A DNA stretch of 64,000 nucleotides from Octopus bimaculoides. Its lineage: Eukaryota. The DNA lies in contig NC_068991.1 of NCBI RefSeq assembly GCF_001194135.2, positions 522,604 through 586,603 of the forward strand, read 5' to 3'. Positions 37,364 through 49,158 of the stretch are shown one piece after another. The notes under the pieces were generated by a model. That model was not told the DNA's origin and made no database searches. It was given only the letters and a program-made list of their open reading frames with translations. The translations under genes and the position numbers were made by a program. Positions within the stretch are counted from its first letter, which is position 1. Each line of letters starts with the position of its first letter.

Positions 37364-40271
37364 ATATATATATATATATAGTATGATCACTAATGTATGG
37401 GGAACATAGAAATGAACTTCCAGAAATAGAAAATTCTTCGTCCAAGAAATACTGTTGAGGGATTTATATATATACCAAGGGAGATAACTTCAATATTATT
37501 GGCGAGATCACCCTTGGCTAAATTATCAGTTTATCTATTATTAAAGAATATATTGAACACTGATTTATTTATTTTTCAAAATTTCAATGTAGGATGTATT
37601 GTAACATGTTTCTGTATTTAATAATGTAATTTTCTATATTTCAACATTAATTTATCATTTAAGTAATATAAATATATTTGTCATCATTGCCGGTCTGGTT
37701 ATGTACGAAGCTACATAAAATATATCGTGTGGAAAAGTTCTTTTGAATATTGAGAACAAATATGTCACATTCAATTTAACTGCACCAACGAGTTCATATG
37801 AAACATAAACACAAAATATATTCGAAATACAAAATAGAAAACAAATGAAAATAAACGAGACATACTTGTACTTTATTGAGGGCTTTCACAGCCTTGTGGG
37901 CACTTTCACGTTCCAAGAACAAGACAAAGGCAACACCCTTGCTTTTGCGGTTAGAATCTTTCATAATTGTGACTCTAGAAAAGAATACAACAACTGATGA
38001 GGCACAAAAGGTGGACGTAAAATATATTTCAATGAATCTCACTAAATCTCTAAAAGATGAACACAGAAACATCAAACTATATTAATTTATATTACTAATT
38101 ATATTAATATTGGTTTCAAGGTGGCAAACTGGCAGAATTGTTAGCACCCCAGGCAAAACACTTAATATCGGTTTCAAATTCTGGCACAAGGCCAGCAGTT
38201 TCGGGGTAGCGGGTAAGTCAATTACGTTGACCCCAGAACTCAACTGGCATTTATTTTATCAATCTTGAAAGGATGAAAGGTAAAGTCGACCTTGGCAGAA
38301 TTTGAACTCAGAACATAAAAACAGACAAAATACCACCAAGCATTTTGCCTGGTGTGCTAACGATTCTGCCAGCTCACTGCCTTGTATTATAGGGATATTA
38401 ATTAGTGATTCACCGAATGAATGCAGCAGCATCTGTAGGTGGGAGGGGGGGCGATTAGAAGTTAAGTATATTGTTGAACTTTGAAATGTGAAAAACATAA
38501 TGATGTTGTTTTGCTGTGGAGAAGACAGCCGTCATCATCATCATTGTTTAATGTCTGCCTTCCATGCTGGCATGATTTAAAATAAATGTTTTGATGACTG
38601 GACAAAGCATTGACTGGACTGTACCACAGTATACAACATACAAAGGGATGTAAACAAACCATGGTGGATTTAGCAATCGATTCATTTTGAAATATAATCA
38701 TTTTCCAACCAGGATCAAATCATACATTTCTGTCCATTCAGGGGACAGTAATGGCCCTAGTCCATCAGGAATGACCACTGAGATGCTTAAAATGTTCGGC
38801 AAAGTGAGACAGCCTGGTCACCTGTATAGTTAATCAGGTTGTACAGGAAGGGGTCATAGCCAATGACTGGCGTAGATAAGGGAGATGCGAAATGGCTGGA
38901 ATGGGTCACAGCTCAATTAGAGAAGAGAGCTAACCGAGATGACATGCAGTTTGGTTTTGAGTTGGGACGAAGTAGTACTGAAACTTTCTAGAAAGGCAAC
39001 TCCAGAAGTATTTAACCAGAAATAAACTGCTGTACTTGGTATTTGCTGATATGGAGAAAGCCTTTGATTACGTTCCTCACATAGGGGTCACTGCAGAAGT
39101 TATGGGCAGCTGAATGGCTGGTGAGAGCTACACAAGCCATGTACAGCGGGTGAGAGTTGGTAACACATTGTGGATGTATGAGTTCATTAGGACTCAATTC
39201 TCAGTCCACTTCCATTCATAATGGTCATTCAGGCCATAACAGAGGTGTTTAAGCTTGGTTGCCTGTGGGGGGGGGGGTGTCTCCTCTTTGCTGATGACCT
39301 CTTCTAATAGCTGAATCTATAGAAGAATTGAAATAGAAATTGCTCATGTGGAAACAAAAGGTCTTAAACTAGGTGAGTTCCCATAAAGAGCCAGTCTTAA
39401 ACTCCTCTGTCATGTCCTGTGGTCCCATGATGAATAAGAGAGAACTGATGGATTTCTACCTTAATTCCTCACTGAGATCATTACTCTTTTACTTATTTCA
39501 GTCATTTGACTGCGGCCATGCTGGAGCATTGTTGACTTTCATTTTACTTACTGCATCTTTGTACATCCCTCACAGGCCACTCATCTACACCTAGTCTCCC
39601 CAATTACTGAGATTAATGCTACATCAAACGCTTTTTCCAGATCAACGAAAGCCAGCTTGTTTACTTTTAGTCAAGTAACCGCAGATATAGACATATCGTA
39701 GAATATAAACGTTATGAACGATCGACTGTACAACATTAGGGGTTCCACAAAGAAGCGACCTTCCAGACTCCTCTAATGTCGATAAAAACTTTCAGGTGTA
39801 CTGTTTTATGTGTATAAAATATACCACGTTAACTCAGTTTCATTAAGCTCAGCAGTCTTTTATGTAAAATGAAGATTTATTTGTTAATAGGGTGAATGCA
39901 GCGTATTGTATTCGTTCTGTAGTGGAGGTCATTTTTTTTACGTATTCGATAACTTTCCTATATATATATNNNNNNNNNNNNNNNNNNNNNNNNNNNNNNN
40001 NNNNNNNNNNNNNATATACACACGTGTGTGTGTCCCTAAACCACCACGGGCCAGGCCGGGGTTCCACTGAGAAGTCATCTAAAACCTGATGAAAGAAACC
40101 TAAAACTAAAGAATGTCAACTCTAAACGAAACTACAAAGAAATAAAAGAGGATCTTACTTGACCACTTTGCCGTATTTATTAAATATCTTATGGAGATCA
40201 TTGTTAGTTAATGAAAACGGCAAATTACTGACATAAATCGTGCTTTTACTGGGAGCAAGGCCACCACTCAT
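32990..40271 (-). CDS. ZCRB1: Zinc finger CCHC-type and RNA-binding motif protein 1 (U11/U12 snRNP 31K), complete, 208 aa
   Basis: Exons 40271-40159, 37974-37866, 37066-36959, 35434-35343, 34759-34693, 33127-32990 (627 nt, phases consistent). [53 protein letters not shown] (RRM), [15 protein letters not shown] (CCHC knuckle), C-terminal [11 protein letters not shown]. Confidence 0.97.
33770..34210. mobile_element. Cluster of oppositely oriented RTE-tail repeats in the last ZCRB1 intron
   Basis: A + copy at 33781-33870, and - copies at 33885-34060 and 34075-34210. Confidence 0.7.
35690..36445 (+). mobile_element. RTE LINE fragment: APE endonuclease joined directly to RT by an internal deletion
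   Basis: [41 protein letters not shown] (APE), then after about 36200 [38 protein letters not shown] (RT). Confidence 0.92.
38190..38385 (-). mobile_element. Meta-domain-like SINE copy (a + head fragment precedes it at 38115-38190)
   Basis: GAAAGGATGAAAGGTAAAGTCGACCTTGGCAGAATTTGAACTCAGAAC..GCTAACGATTCTGCCAGCTC. Confidence 0.75.
38745..39470 (+). mobile_element. Heavily decayed RTE LINE RT fragment
   Basis: Broken RT motifs ([36 protein letters not shown]). Confidence 0.7.
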
Positions 40272-40510
40272 CTTTCCTATCTGGCACAACACCGGCGGTG
40301 AACGGCAACAAAGATTCCTTGTAAAATACGGGGACTTCGTACAAAACTTTAATTAAAGATAACTGATTATTGTATGTTACTGGGATTTTGTTTATCGACT
40401 TTGGTTCGGAGAAATGGAAATCAAAGTTTCAAGTGAATTAACTCTTTAAGAAGCGGATTACTGCTTGTCTGAGTAATATATACAATACAATTCCACAATA
40501 TTAGTGAATA

Positions 40511-40925
40511 GGCGTAGGAGTGGCTGTGTGGTAAGTAGCTTGCTTACCAACCACATGGTCCCGGGTTCAGTCCCACTGCGTGGCATCTTGGGCAAGTGCC
40601 TTCTACTATAGCCTCGGGCCGACCAATGCCTTGTGAGTGGATTTGGTAGACGGAAACTGAAAGAAGCCCGTCGTATATGTGTATATATATGTGTATGTGT
40701 GTGTGTGTGTTTGTATGTCTGTGTTTGTCCCCCCAACATCGCTTGACAACCGATGCTGGTGTGTTTATGTCCCCGTAACTTAGTGGTTCGGCAAAAGAGA
40801 CCGATAGAATAAGTACTAGGCTTCCAAAGAATAAGTCCTGGGGTCGATTTCTTCGACTAAAGGCGGTGCTCCAGCATGGCCGCAGTCAAAAGACTGAAAC
40901 AAGTAAAAGTGTAAAAAGTGTAAGT
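40511..40925 (+). mobile_element. Full-length, little-diverged CORE-like tRNA SINE just upstream of ZCRB1
   Basis: A box TGGCTGTGTGG, B box GGTTCAGTCCC, CORE-like CTGCGTGGCATCTTGGGCAAGTG, complete tail ending in GTAAAAGT repeats. Confidence 0.85.
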
Positions 40926-41159
40926 GTGTTTTTAGTTTCCTACATATTGGATTCCATCTTGGTACGTGACTAAGGCAAATCATTGACAAGGTCCAACGAG
41001 ACTGAAACACTCCTGCCTCACTACTAGAACGATGTTCGTCTCACTCCGGTGTGTGTGTGCGTGTGTGTGTAAGGAGAAAGGACAACAATAAACCAAGGCA
41101 GGACGAGTATCTCAAATTATTTAGAATATTTAATTAGAGTAAGAGAAATTTGAGTAATT

Positions 41160-41760
41160 TACACTGCTCTCCTCATTCATACACATCACATGACCAAACC
41201 AGCTCAGTCTTCTCTCTTGCCCACAACATCTGATGTCCCTTATACCCAGTTTTCCTCTTAAATCATTTACACTGTGCCATGCCTGCACACTGACATTACC
41301 CATCTAGCAGAGCATGCTAGCTTCGTTTCTTTCAAGCCTACACAAGTCCTCTGTCGTCAAAGACCATGTTTCATAGGCCATGTGACATAGCTGTACATAC
41401 AAAGGCATCATACAATCTGCCTTTCACTCTGAGGGGGAGGCCCTTAGTTAATAACAAACGTAGAAGCTCTCTCTGAACTTTGCCCAACCCATTCTTATTC
41501 TACTAACTTCATGTTCAGAACTTCCTCCTCCACTGCCAACTTGGTTTCCTAGGTAACAGAAGCTATCTACCACTTCTAACGGTCCCCCTCAACATTTGAG
41601 GGAGTCTATTGTCTGCGTATTTTTAGTGCTTATTGTAGCTGCACACTTACCACACACAAAGGCTCTATTCTCCATTAACCTTCCTTTGATACTGCTACAC
41701 CTTTTATGTGCCCAAAGCTTGCACTGGGTACAATGTATGGAGTTTCTACTGTTGGTCAAT
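41160..41760 (-). mobile_element. RTE LINE RT C-terminal fragment
   Basis: - strand EVVDSFCYLGNQV..RIRMGWAKFREL..KGRLYDAFV..LRGKLGIRDI..RRLSWFGHVM. Confidence 0.85.
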
Positions 41761-44480
41761 AAATAGTATCACTGGTTCACTCTAGTTTTGATGCTAACAG
41801 ACACACACACACACAAACACATGGACTCACAAACTCTCTCTCTCATTGCATACATGTTTATATAGATAAATTTCCTTTCATCAAAGTCTGCCCTAACCCT
41901 AGAGTAGAGACAAAAGCCCCAAAGTAAATCCTTTGTACACTATTCACACAGTTCAATAGTTACAAAAGGTGACAAAAAAAAAAAAAATGATTAAATAAGT
42001 GAATATTTGAACTGAAAAAAGAAATTTATTTACAAAATATAATACAGAATATCATCAAAGTCATTGTTGAATATTGTCAATGATTTAAAAGGAAATAAAT
42101 ACTGTTTTATTGCAATCCATCAGATATTGATCCACATTTTGCATGATTTGTGATAATTATTGCCCATGTTTCCCTGTGTTGAGTGACCGGATTATGCCTC
42201 ATCATGGATGAAAACAGAAAACTGTGTTCAATGGTAAAATATATTCTGTTCCATGTCAGGAGAGGGAAAACCTGGCTATGTTTTAAACATTCAATGGAAA
42301 AAAAACAAAAACAAATAGATCCTTTGAAAAAGTCCCTTTTTTAAAAAAAATTCCTTCAACATAGACATATGTAGACATCGTCTCTTTATATTTTATTTAT
42401 AAACATATATGCTTGTTTAATAGTATCCCCCCCCACTCCATACATATATTGAAAAAGTTAAAAAGGTTTCACATGAGTGAATATATATATTACAAAATAG
42501 AAAGAAAATGCTATTAGAACTTTGTCATCAATAAAAGAAAGTAATTATACTTTGTCAAGATTTGTTACCAGTTTTAATTATTAAAAAAGATGATGCAATT
42601 ATGCTGAAATAAAATGAGAAATATAAAACTCTCCCCAGACACAACAGAATAAAACTAATCCTTTTTGATATCAGTTCTGGATGTTGACATGTTTTTCTTA
42701 CAAGAGAACTGGCACCATGTGACTTTTGTCAGAAAAACATGACCTTCTAAAACTGATAACAAAAAAAAAAAAAAAAATTAATATAATTTGATTTTCTCTT
42801 TATTTCAACATGATTAAATCACCATTTCAAGCAACGGAATCCTGTTGCAGATTTTGATAAAAATGTAAAGACATTCTTTCTTTTATTTATGGTAAGTTCT
42901 CAAAGAATTTTCTTCTTTGTTTCTTAATACACACACTCACTGTTGTTTTATATATAATTGCTGGACAAGAGAAATATATCATTTTACATCTGCATTCCAA
43001 TTTGGCAAAGATGGAACAAGTCATCATAGTCTAAACCAGTTCTTATTTGGAGTTAATGCTCTCCTAGACAACCCATGTCTTACTCAGATCGTTTCTACAG
43101 CTGGAGACCTTTCCTCATAACAATCACTTTATTTTTTTGCACATTTCATTGTGGCACTGGCACACAAACACTTCAGTTTGATATATAATCACCCTAATAT
43201 ATATATATATATATATATATACATACACCTAAGTTATACATATGTAATTACCTAACAACATGCACCCACAGACACACACAGTTACTCAAACAGACACACA
43301 TGTATTCAAATGTTTGTTTTATGTCCACTTTCCCATGCTAGCACAAATTGATTAAATACATATCGTTGAGGCTTGTCTTAAAGTCAGATGTCCTCCTTGC
43401 TTCCAACCCATTTCGTTCCCAAAAGGATTTTCTGATTCCATTTGTCTGTGAAAGTGTCGGGGGATGGTTTCTAGTAGGGAAAGTTAATAAAATGTAATCC
43501 TTTTTTTTAGCTCATTTTTGTGTGAAGTTGTAGAATGTGAACATTTGTGGTCCTACATAAGCATGTATACACACACATCTCTGCCTGTCTGTCAATATAA
43601 ATACATACACATCATTTAATGACTAGACTCTTCTCATACTTGCATGCTCAGACACGATTGGGGAAGATCTTCTCTGTCTGGATGCTCTTCCTGTCACCTT
43701 CCAGGTAGAATATTTTCCATGCAAGACTAGAAACAAACAACATTGTATGACAATGACACTTCTTTCATTTCAACCATCATGTGATGTCATGGAAAGGGCG
43801 CACACACACACACACACACACTAAGCTTCTTTCAGTTTCCATCAATCAAATCCACTCACGAGGCTTTAGTTGGCCTAAGGTGTTTGTGCAAGGTGCTGTA
43901 CAGTGGGACTGAACACAAGATCACATGGTTGGAAAACAAATTTCTTCACAACACAGCTACACCTGTGCCTACACACACACACACACATACATACATACAT
44001 AACACTTGCTCAGTGTATCATAGGTCAGGTGGATGAGGACTGACCTAGGGCTATACAACAATAATAACAAATTAAAGTAGTTTTATCAACAAAGAGAGTA
44101 CTCAACACAAGATGTAGAGTATATTTATTGACCTGAAAAAAAAAATGTAAAATAGATTTCTGTTCATTTCAACAAGGGATGTCCAGTTCTTTCATCAATT
44201 CTGGACACTGAATTAACATGGAAGTGGTTGAGTATTCCACAGTCACGTCAACCCTCAAAAAAAAAAAAACGAGTGTGTCACTACATGACAAGAGTGAACT
44301 TATTAATTCCTGTGTCAATCCATCCAATGGGTTTCCATACAGTTTCCATCTATTCAGCTTCACTCACAAGACCTGAGACAATGGTAAAAGACAAAGATGC
44401 TAAGATTGAACCTGGTACTCCATGATCATGAAATGAACTTAATGCTTTGGTCCAAAAGACAATTACTGGTTTATGATGGA

Positions 44481-44551
44481 GTTTTATGCTGGACAGAGCA
44501 ATCATCAGCGGGTTAATAGCCATCTGATGATTGCTTCCACCAGCACGAAAC
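44481..44551 (+). ncRNA. Candidate pri-miRNA-like hairpin (strand uncertain)
   Basis: GTTTT a TGCTGG aca G AGCAATCATCAG [15 nt] CTGATGATTGCT T cca CCAGCA c GAAAC: 12-bp perfect core, about 24 pairs below the 15-nt apical region. Confidence 0.35.
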
Positions 44552-45600
44552 AAAGTCAAAGTCCACTGGGAATCTTCATCATCATCGTTTTAGAAGTTAT
44601 TTCATGTCAGACAGAACTCATCGTTTTCTCCTTACTCTTTGCAGTTCACAGCATCTTGTGCATGCACACAGAAACCCTGCCCCAACCCCATATCTACAAT
44701 GCCATCTACGTCCTACACTCATCCACCACCAACAAAAAAGAGAGGTTGTCCACTCCAAACACTCTGCATTTCTACTTGAAAGCATTCTTTTCTCCAGACA
44801 CATTGTATAAACATGTCAGAATCTCACCTGACACCAGTTGTTACACACACACACTGAAAGCTAACGATTTCATTATTCTGATTGCTATTCCAGGTCTTCC
44901 ACTTTTGTGTATTTAAACAAACAAAAAAGACAAAAGATAATCAACAGGTGGGGATGTGTAACCCTTTTCCTCATCTCAACAGACAAAAGTGAGAAATTCA
45001 GAAATTCCAAAAAGCGAAGGAATGAAGCACACACACATACGTGTGTGTGTGTGTGTGCGAGTGCGTGTGTGTGTGTGCATAGAATCAGGGCATATTGGGT
45101 ATAGAAATTCAATAAATAATTACTCAATAAAAATAAGTAGAGTTTGTATAATATTTATTAGAAGCTAAAACAGCAGCGTTACTATTTTGACTTTCACAGC
45201 AGAAACTGGAGCCTAATGCAGTCTAATCTTGTAAAACCATCCAACCCATGCCAGCATGGAAGGTGGACATTAAAAGATGATGAACATACAAACACACAGA
45301 TATGTGTGTATGTTTTCAGAAATACTGCACCTTACAGAATAATGACAAACTGATGTCAACCACTTTTTGTACCCAATGTAAAGAACTGATGCTCTTAAAA
45401 TATCAAACCCTGTAGAATACCAACCAAATGATGCCAGCAGCCTGTCTGCTCCACCATGTGAACCTATCAAGAAAATATCTGATGTCACTAACATAGCAAA
45501 AACAACCACATGACCTGAATTGACCAATAGAAATCTAAAATGCTCTCACTTCACAGAAACCATTTAAAACTTTTTCATTCTTCTCTCTCTCTGTTTACAA

Positions 45601-45650
45601 ACATCTGATGCTGTGGCTGTGATCTACGGCCACGAAACTTTAAGTAATGT
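45601..45650 (+). ncRNA. Hammerhead-like fold with an A9-to-C core substitution (probably inactive)
   Basis: ACAU CUGAUGC U GUGGCUGUG AUC UACGGCCAC GAAA CUU U AAG UA AUGU: stems I, II and III all pair. Confidence 0.5.
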
Positions 45651-46825
45651 GGTGCTGAGTGAAGCTGTTGTTTGATGAATGTAACACCAATCAAATATGT
45701 TGAGTGCGAGTTTGTTTTGTTTGAAAACACACTCGAGTACGTATGTATGTGTGTGTGTAGAGCATGTATGAATGAGAGAGAGAGAGAGCACTGTGTAGAG
45801 CTAACTCTTTGCTCTTGCTGGAAACAAGACAACCTCTCTGGTGCTGGTGTCACAATGAAATGAAGAACCCTGCAGAGTCACTTTTGTGCACAGGTGTTAG
45901 GAAACGTACCCAGTCACAGGAATCATGTTGGAAATGGAAAGTATGAGCAAAATGTGGTTCCGAACCTATGTAGGAGGGCAGGGAGTTGAAATGACAACTG
46001 ATGATCTGTCCATCCAATGCCAGCATAGAAAGGGGCTATAAAAATGATGATGATGGTGATATACAGACATCATCATTTAACATCCGCTTTCCATGCTGGC
46101 ATGGGTTGAACAGTTTGATTGAAAACTGGTAAGCCAGGGAGCTGCACCAGGTTCCAACCTGATTTGGCAAGGTTTCTACAGCTGGATGCCCTTCCTAACA
46201 CCAACCATCAACTTTGTAAAGTGATTTGGCAATAGGAAGGTTATTATAAACAAGAGAGAGAGCCTCCAACTTGTGTAGGAGGGGAGTAACCCCAAATAAG
46301 AACTCATTCTGACTGTAATGATGTGTCCAACTATGCCATCATGGAAAAGAAAATGTAAAATGATGATGATGATGATGACGAATTCTTTCTTTTGCAGAAT
46401 AAATTGCATTTATAATTTTATAAATAATCAAAGAAGTCCTTAAAAAGGAAAATATTTCCTTCTGATTGACTTCCTTCCCAATAATTTGTTGTTCACCAAA
46501 GACAATTTACAATGGAATTTGTGGGTCAGCCTGGAACTGCCTTCACTTTCTCTCACACACACGTGCACACACACACACACACACACACACACGCATAATT
46601 CCATAAAGAGGCAAAGATATTGACACCCAGGTACATCAAATGGTCCATCATGTTATCATGTTTTATATAAATTGTGTATGTATAAGCATTACGCACACAC
46701 ACACACATTCATGTATGCGTATCTATGTGTGTGTGTGTATATTTCCATCCAAATACAAAGATATTCAGACCAAGTGTTTCATCAATCTGTTGATCCATTC
46801 CTGTATTCTTCCTTGACCATAATCT

Positions 46826-49097
46826 TCAATCTAAATTCAGTTTCTTCACACCTAGTTTCAAGGCACCAGCTGTCTTACGTAATTCTCGTTTCTCTTGGAG
46901 TTCTTTCTGTCTTTGAAGTTTTCGCTCCTCTCGCTCTCTCCTCTTCCTTTCATTCTCGTTGACTGAACCTGTGGACAGAGAAATCAGCATTTTACAACCT
47001 TAAATACATCAGAAGCCACAGAATTTCAATTTACGGACACAACATTATTGTGACATAGTTTCCTTCAGACATATTATTGATATATATATATATATATATA
47101 TAGATATAAAAGTATGTATGTATGTATGTGTATATATGTATCATCATTCATCAGCATTTAGCGTCTGTTGGACGGCTTGACCAGGGCTGGCCAGCTGGAA
47201 GGCTGCACCAGACCCCAGGTCTGGTTGGAGATGCCTTTCTATGGCTGGATGCCCTTCCTAACACCAACCACTCTGAGAGTGAAATGGGTGCCTTTACATG
47301 CCACTGGCAAGGGTGCCATTTGCATGACACCAGTATCTGCCATGACTGCGATTTTACTTGACTTGATGGGTCTTCTTCCCAAGCACGACATAATGCCAGA
47401 ACTCTTGGTCATTGCCTCCATATATATATAAAGTTAAATATATTCAATGAGGATATTATATCCTGAATTTATATTGAGTGCTTTATTGTATCAAAGTATT
47501 AAGACTATTAAAGTATTTATGTATTTAATACGAGCGATTATATATATTTTATATAATATGTTATATATCAGTGCCATCGATCCCCAGGAGTCAATATTAA
47601 CCACTTTGGAGACCCCTGGTTTAACCCATGCCAGCATGGAAAATGGATGCTAAATGAAGATGATGATGATATATATATACACTCGGAGTACCTGGCTTTG
47701 CCTGGGTATCAGAAAGCATCACATAGCCTAAAGCCTTCTTGATGAGAGGTATCCTGATGCAAAATTTTACCTACCCGGGTAGAAAACTGGCTTACAACCT
47801 GGAACACCCAGGAATTCCCTTGTAAGAGGGTAGATAGTACGTGTGTGTGTGTGAAGTGCAATTATAACATTCTCTCTATAAATATGGTAAAGAAAGGTTA
47901 AAAAAAGTCTTCAAAAATAGTTTAAAGTAAAAAGAGTGATAATTAGTCCCTTAAAAACAAAACAAGATTTTTAAGGTCATACCTTTATTTGAACCTGTGA
48001 CATCCCAGTCTTCAGTGTTGCCCCAACCATCTTCTTGCCAACCCTCAGGTTTAGATGGTTTACTTCTGATCTCTTCACTCGGTGCCTCTGGTGACTTAGC
48101 ACCACCAACATTTGGTTTGGTAGTCTAAAGAGAGAGAGAGAGAAAGTAAAAGGGGAGACTCAGTGCTGTGCAAACAGAAGGACTTCACATTTCAGTCTGT
48201 GTAGCTGTGTGAAGGAGTACAACCGAAAGATGAGGAGGAGAGGATTGGACAGTGCCTTGCATCCTTAAGCAAGGTACTTCATTTCATTCAACTGAAAATG
48301 AGCACCAGTAACAGCTTGGGCTTAACACTATAAGAGATTGGTGTCCAGCTGAGGGGTCAGTAGGCTCAAGACAAACTTTAACTTGAGTTCAATCCCTTGT
48401 CAAGTAGTATATCTTGGAAACGCTTATAAACATACAGCTAGGCAGACTGAACTGTTGACAGTGTGCTGTGTTGGAGACAAACACATTTCAACTGCTAGAA
48501 CATAATATAAACCAATATGGGTGTGGTTTACAGTCCAACATCAGAACTACACTTTAGACTCACCGAGTTGCTAAATACTGAGCCATTTAACGGAAAAACC
48601 AAACCCAACATGGCCAGGTTCCTGTTTAGTTATGTTTGGCAGCAAAGAAATGTCTGTGATGATTAATTAGATGCTGTACAATGTGTCTAATCTATGATAT
48701 CACACGGATATTGCTGTCTGATGATGATGATTATTAAGATGTTGTGGAAATACCTTTTTCCTGACATTTGTCAGAGATGTGAAAAAATCTGCTTCGCTTT
48801 GGTTCTCTTCCCAGGCATAAGAACTGGCTGGTTGCAGCCCCGGGGTGTCTAAAGTGGTAGAAAACTCATCATCTCCCCAGTCACCCCAGCCCTCAGTGTT
48901 GCTGGGGGTTTCCAAACAGCTGGCCTCCTACAACATCAAAAATACATACAATAAATACATCAGCCTCTCCAAGACATTGTGCAGGCTGGATGGTCATAGA
49001 AAGACAACCAGCCACGAAAAAAAAAAATCTGCCCAACTAAATTTTGTCTGAACCATGTAGGCATGGAAGGATGGTTGTTAAAACAATGATGATGACG

Positions 49098-49158
<61 letters not shown>

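Noticed and set aside
40085-40100. CTGATGAAAGAAAC hammerhead-like core (also a CTGAAGA..GAAAC motif near 4244-4275)
   Set aside because: No stem II at 40085; no stem III or NUH triplet at 4244.
40511-40590. tRNA genes or CRISPR-like arrays
   Set aside because: The tRNA-like sequences are SINE heads lacking a full cloverleaf, and the repeats are dispersed or simple, with no repeat-spacer periodicity.
44524-44560. CUGAUGA..GAAAC-AAA-GUC read as an active hammerhead
   Set aside because: Stem I does not pair, the 10.1-11.1 pair is U-C, and the core is sequestered in a stronger hairpin.
45336-45514. 179-nt - strand open exon-like segment downstream of SCYL1
   Set aside because: It lies after the SCYL1 stop, has no partner exons or recognisable homology, and overlaps an equally plausible + frame.
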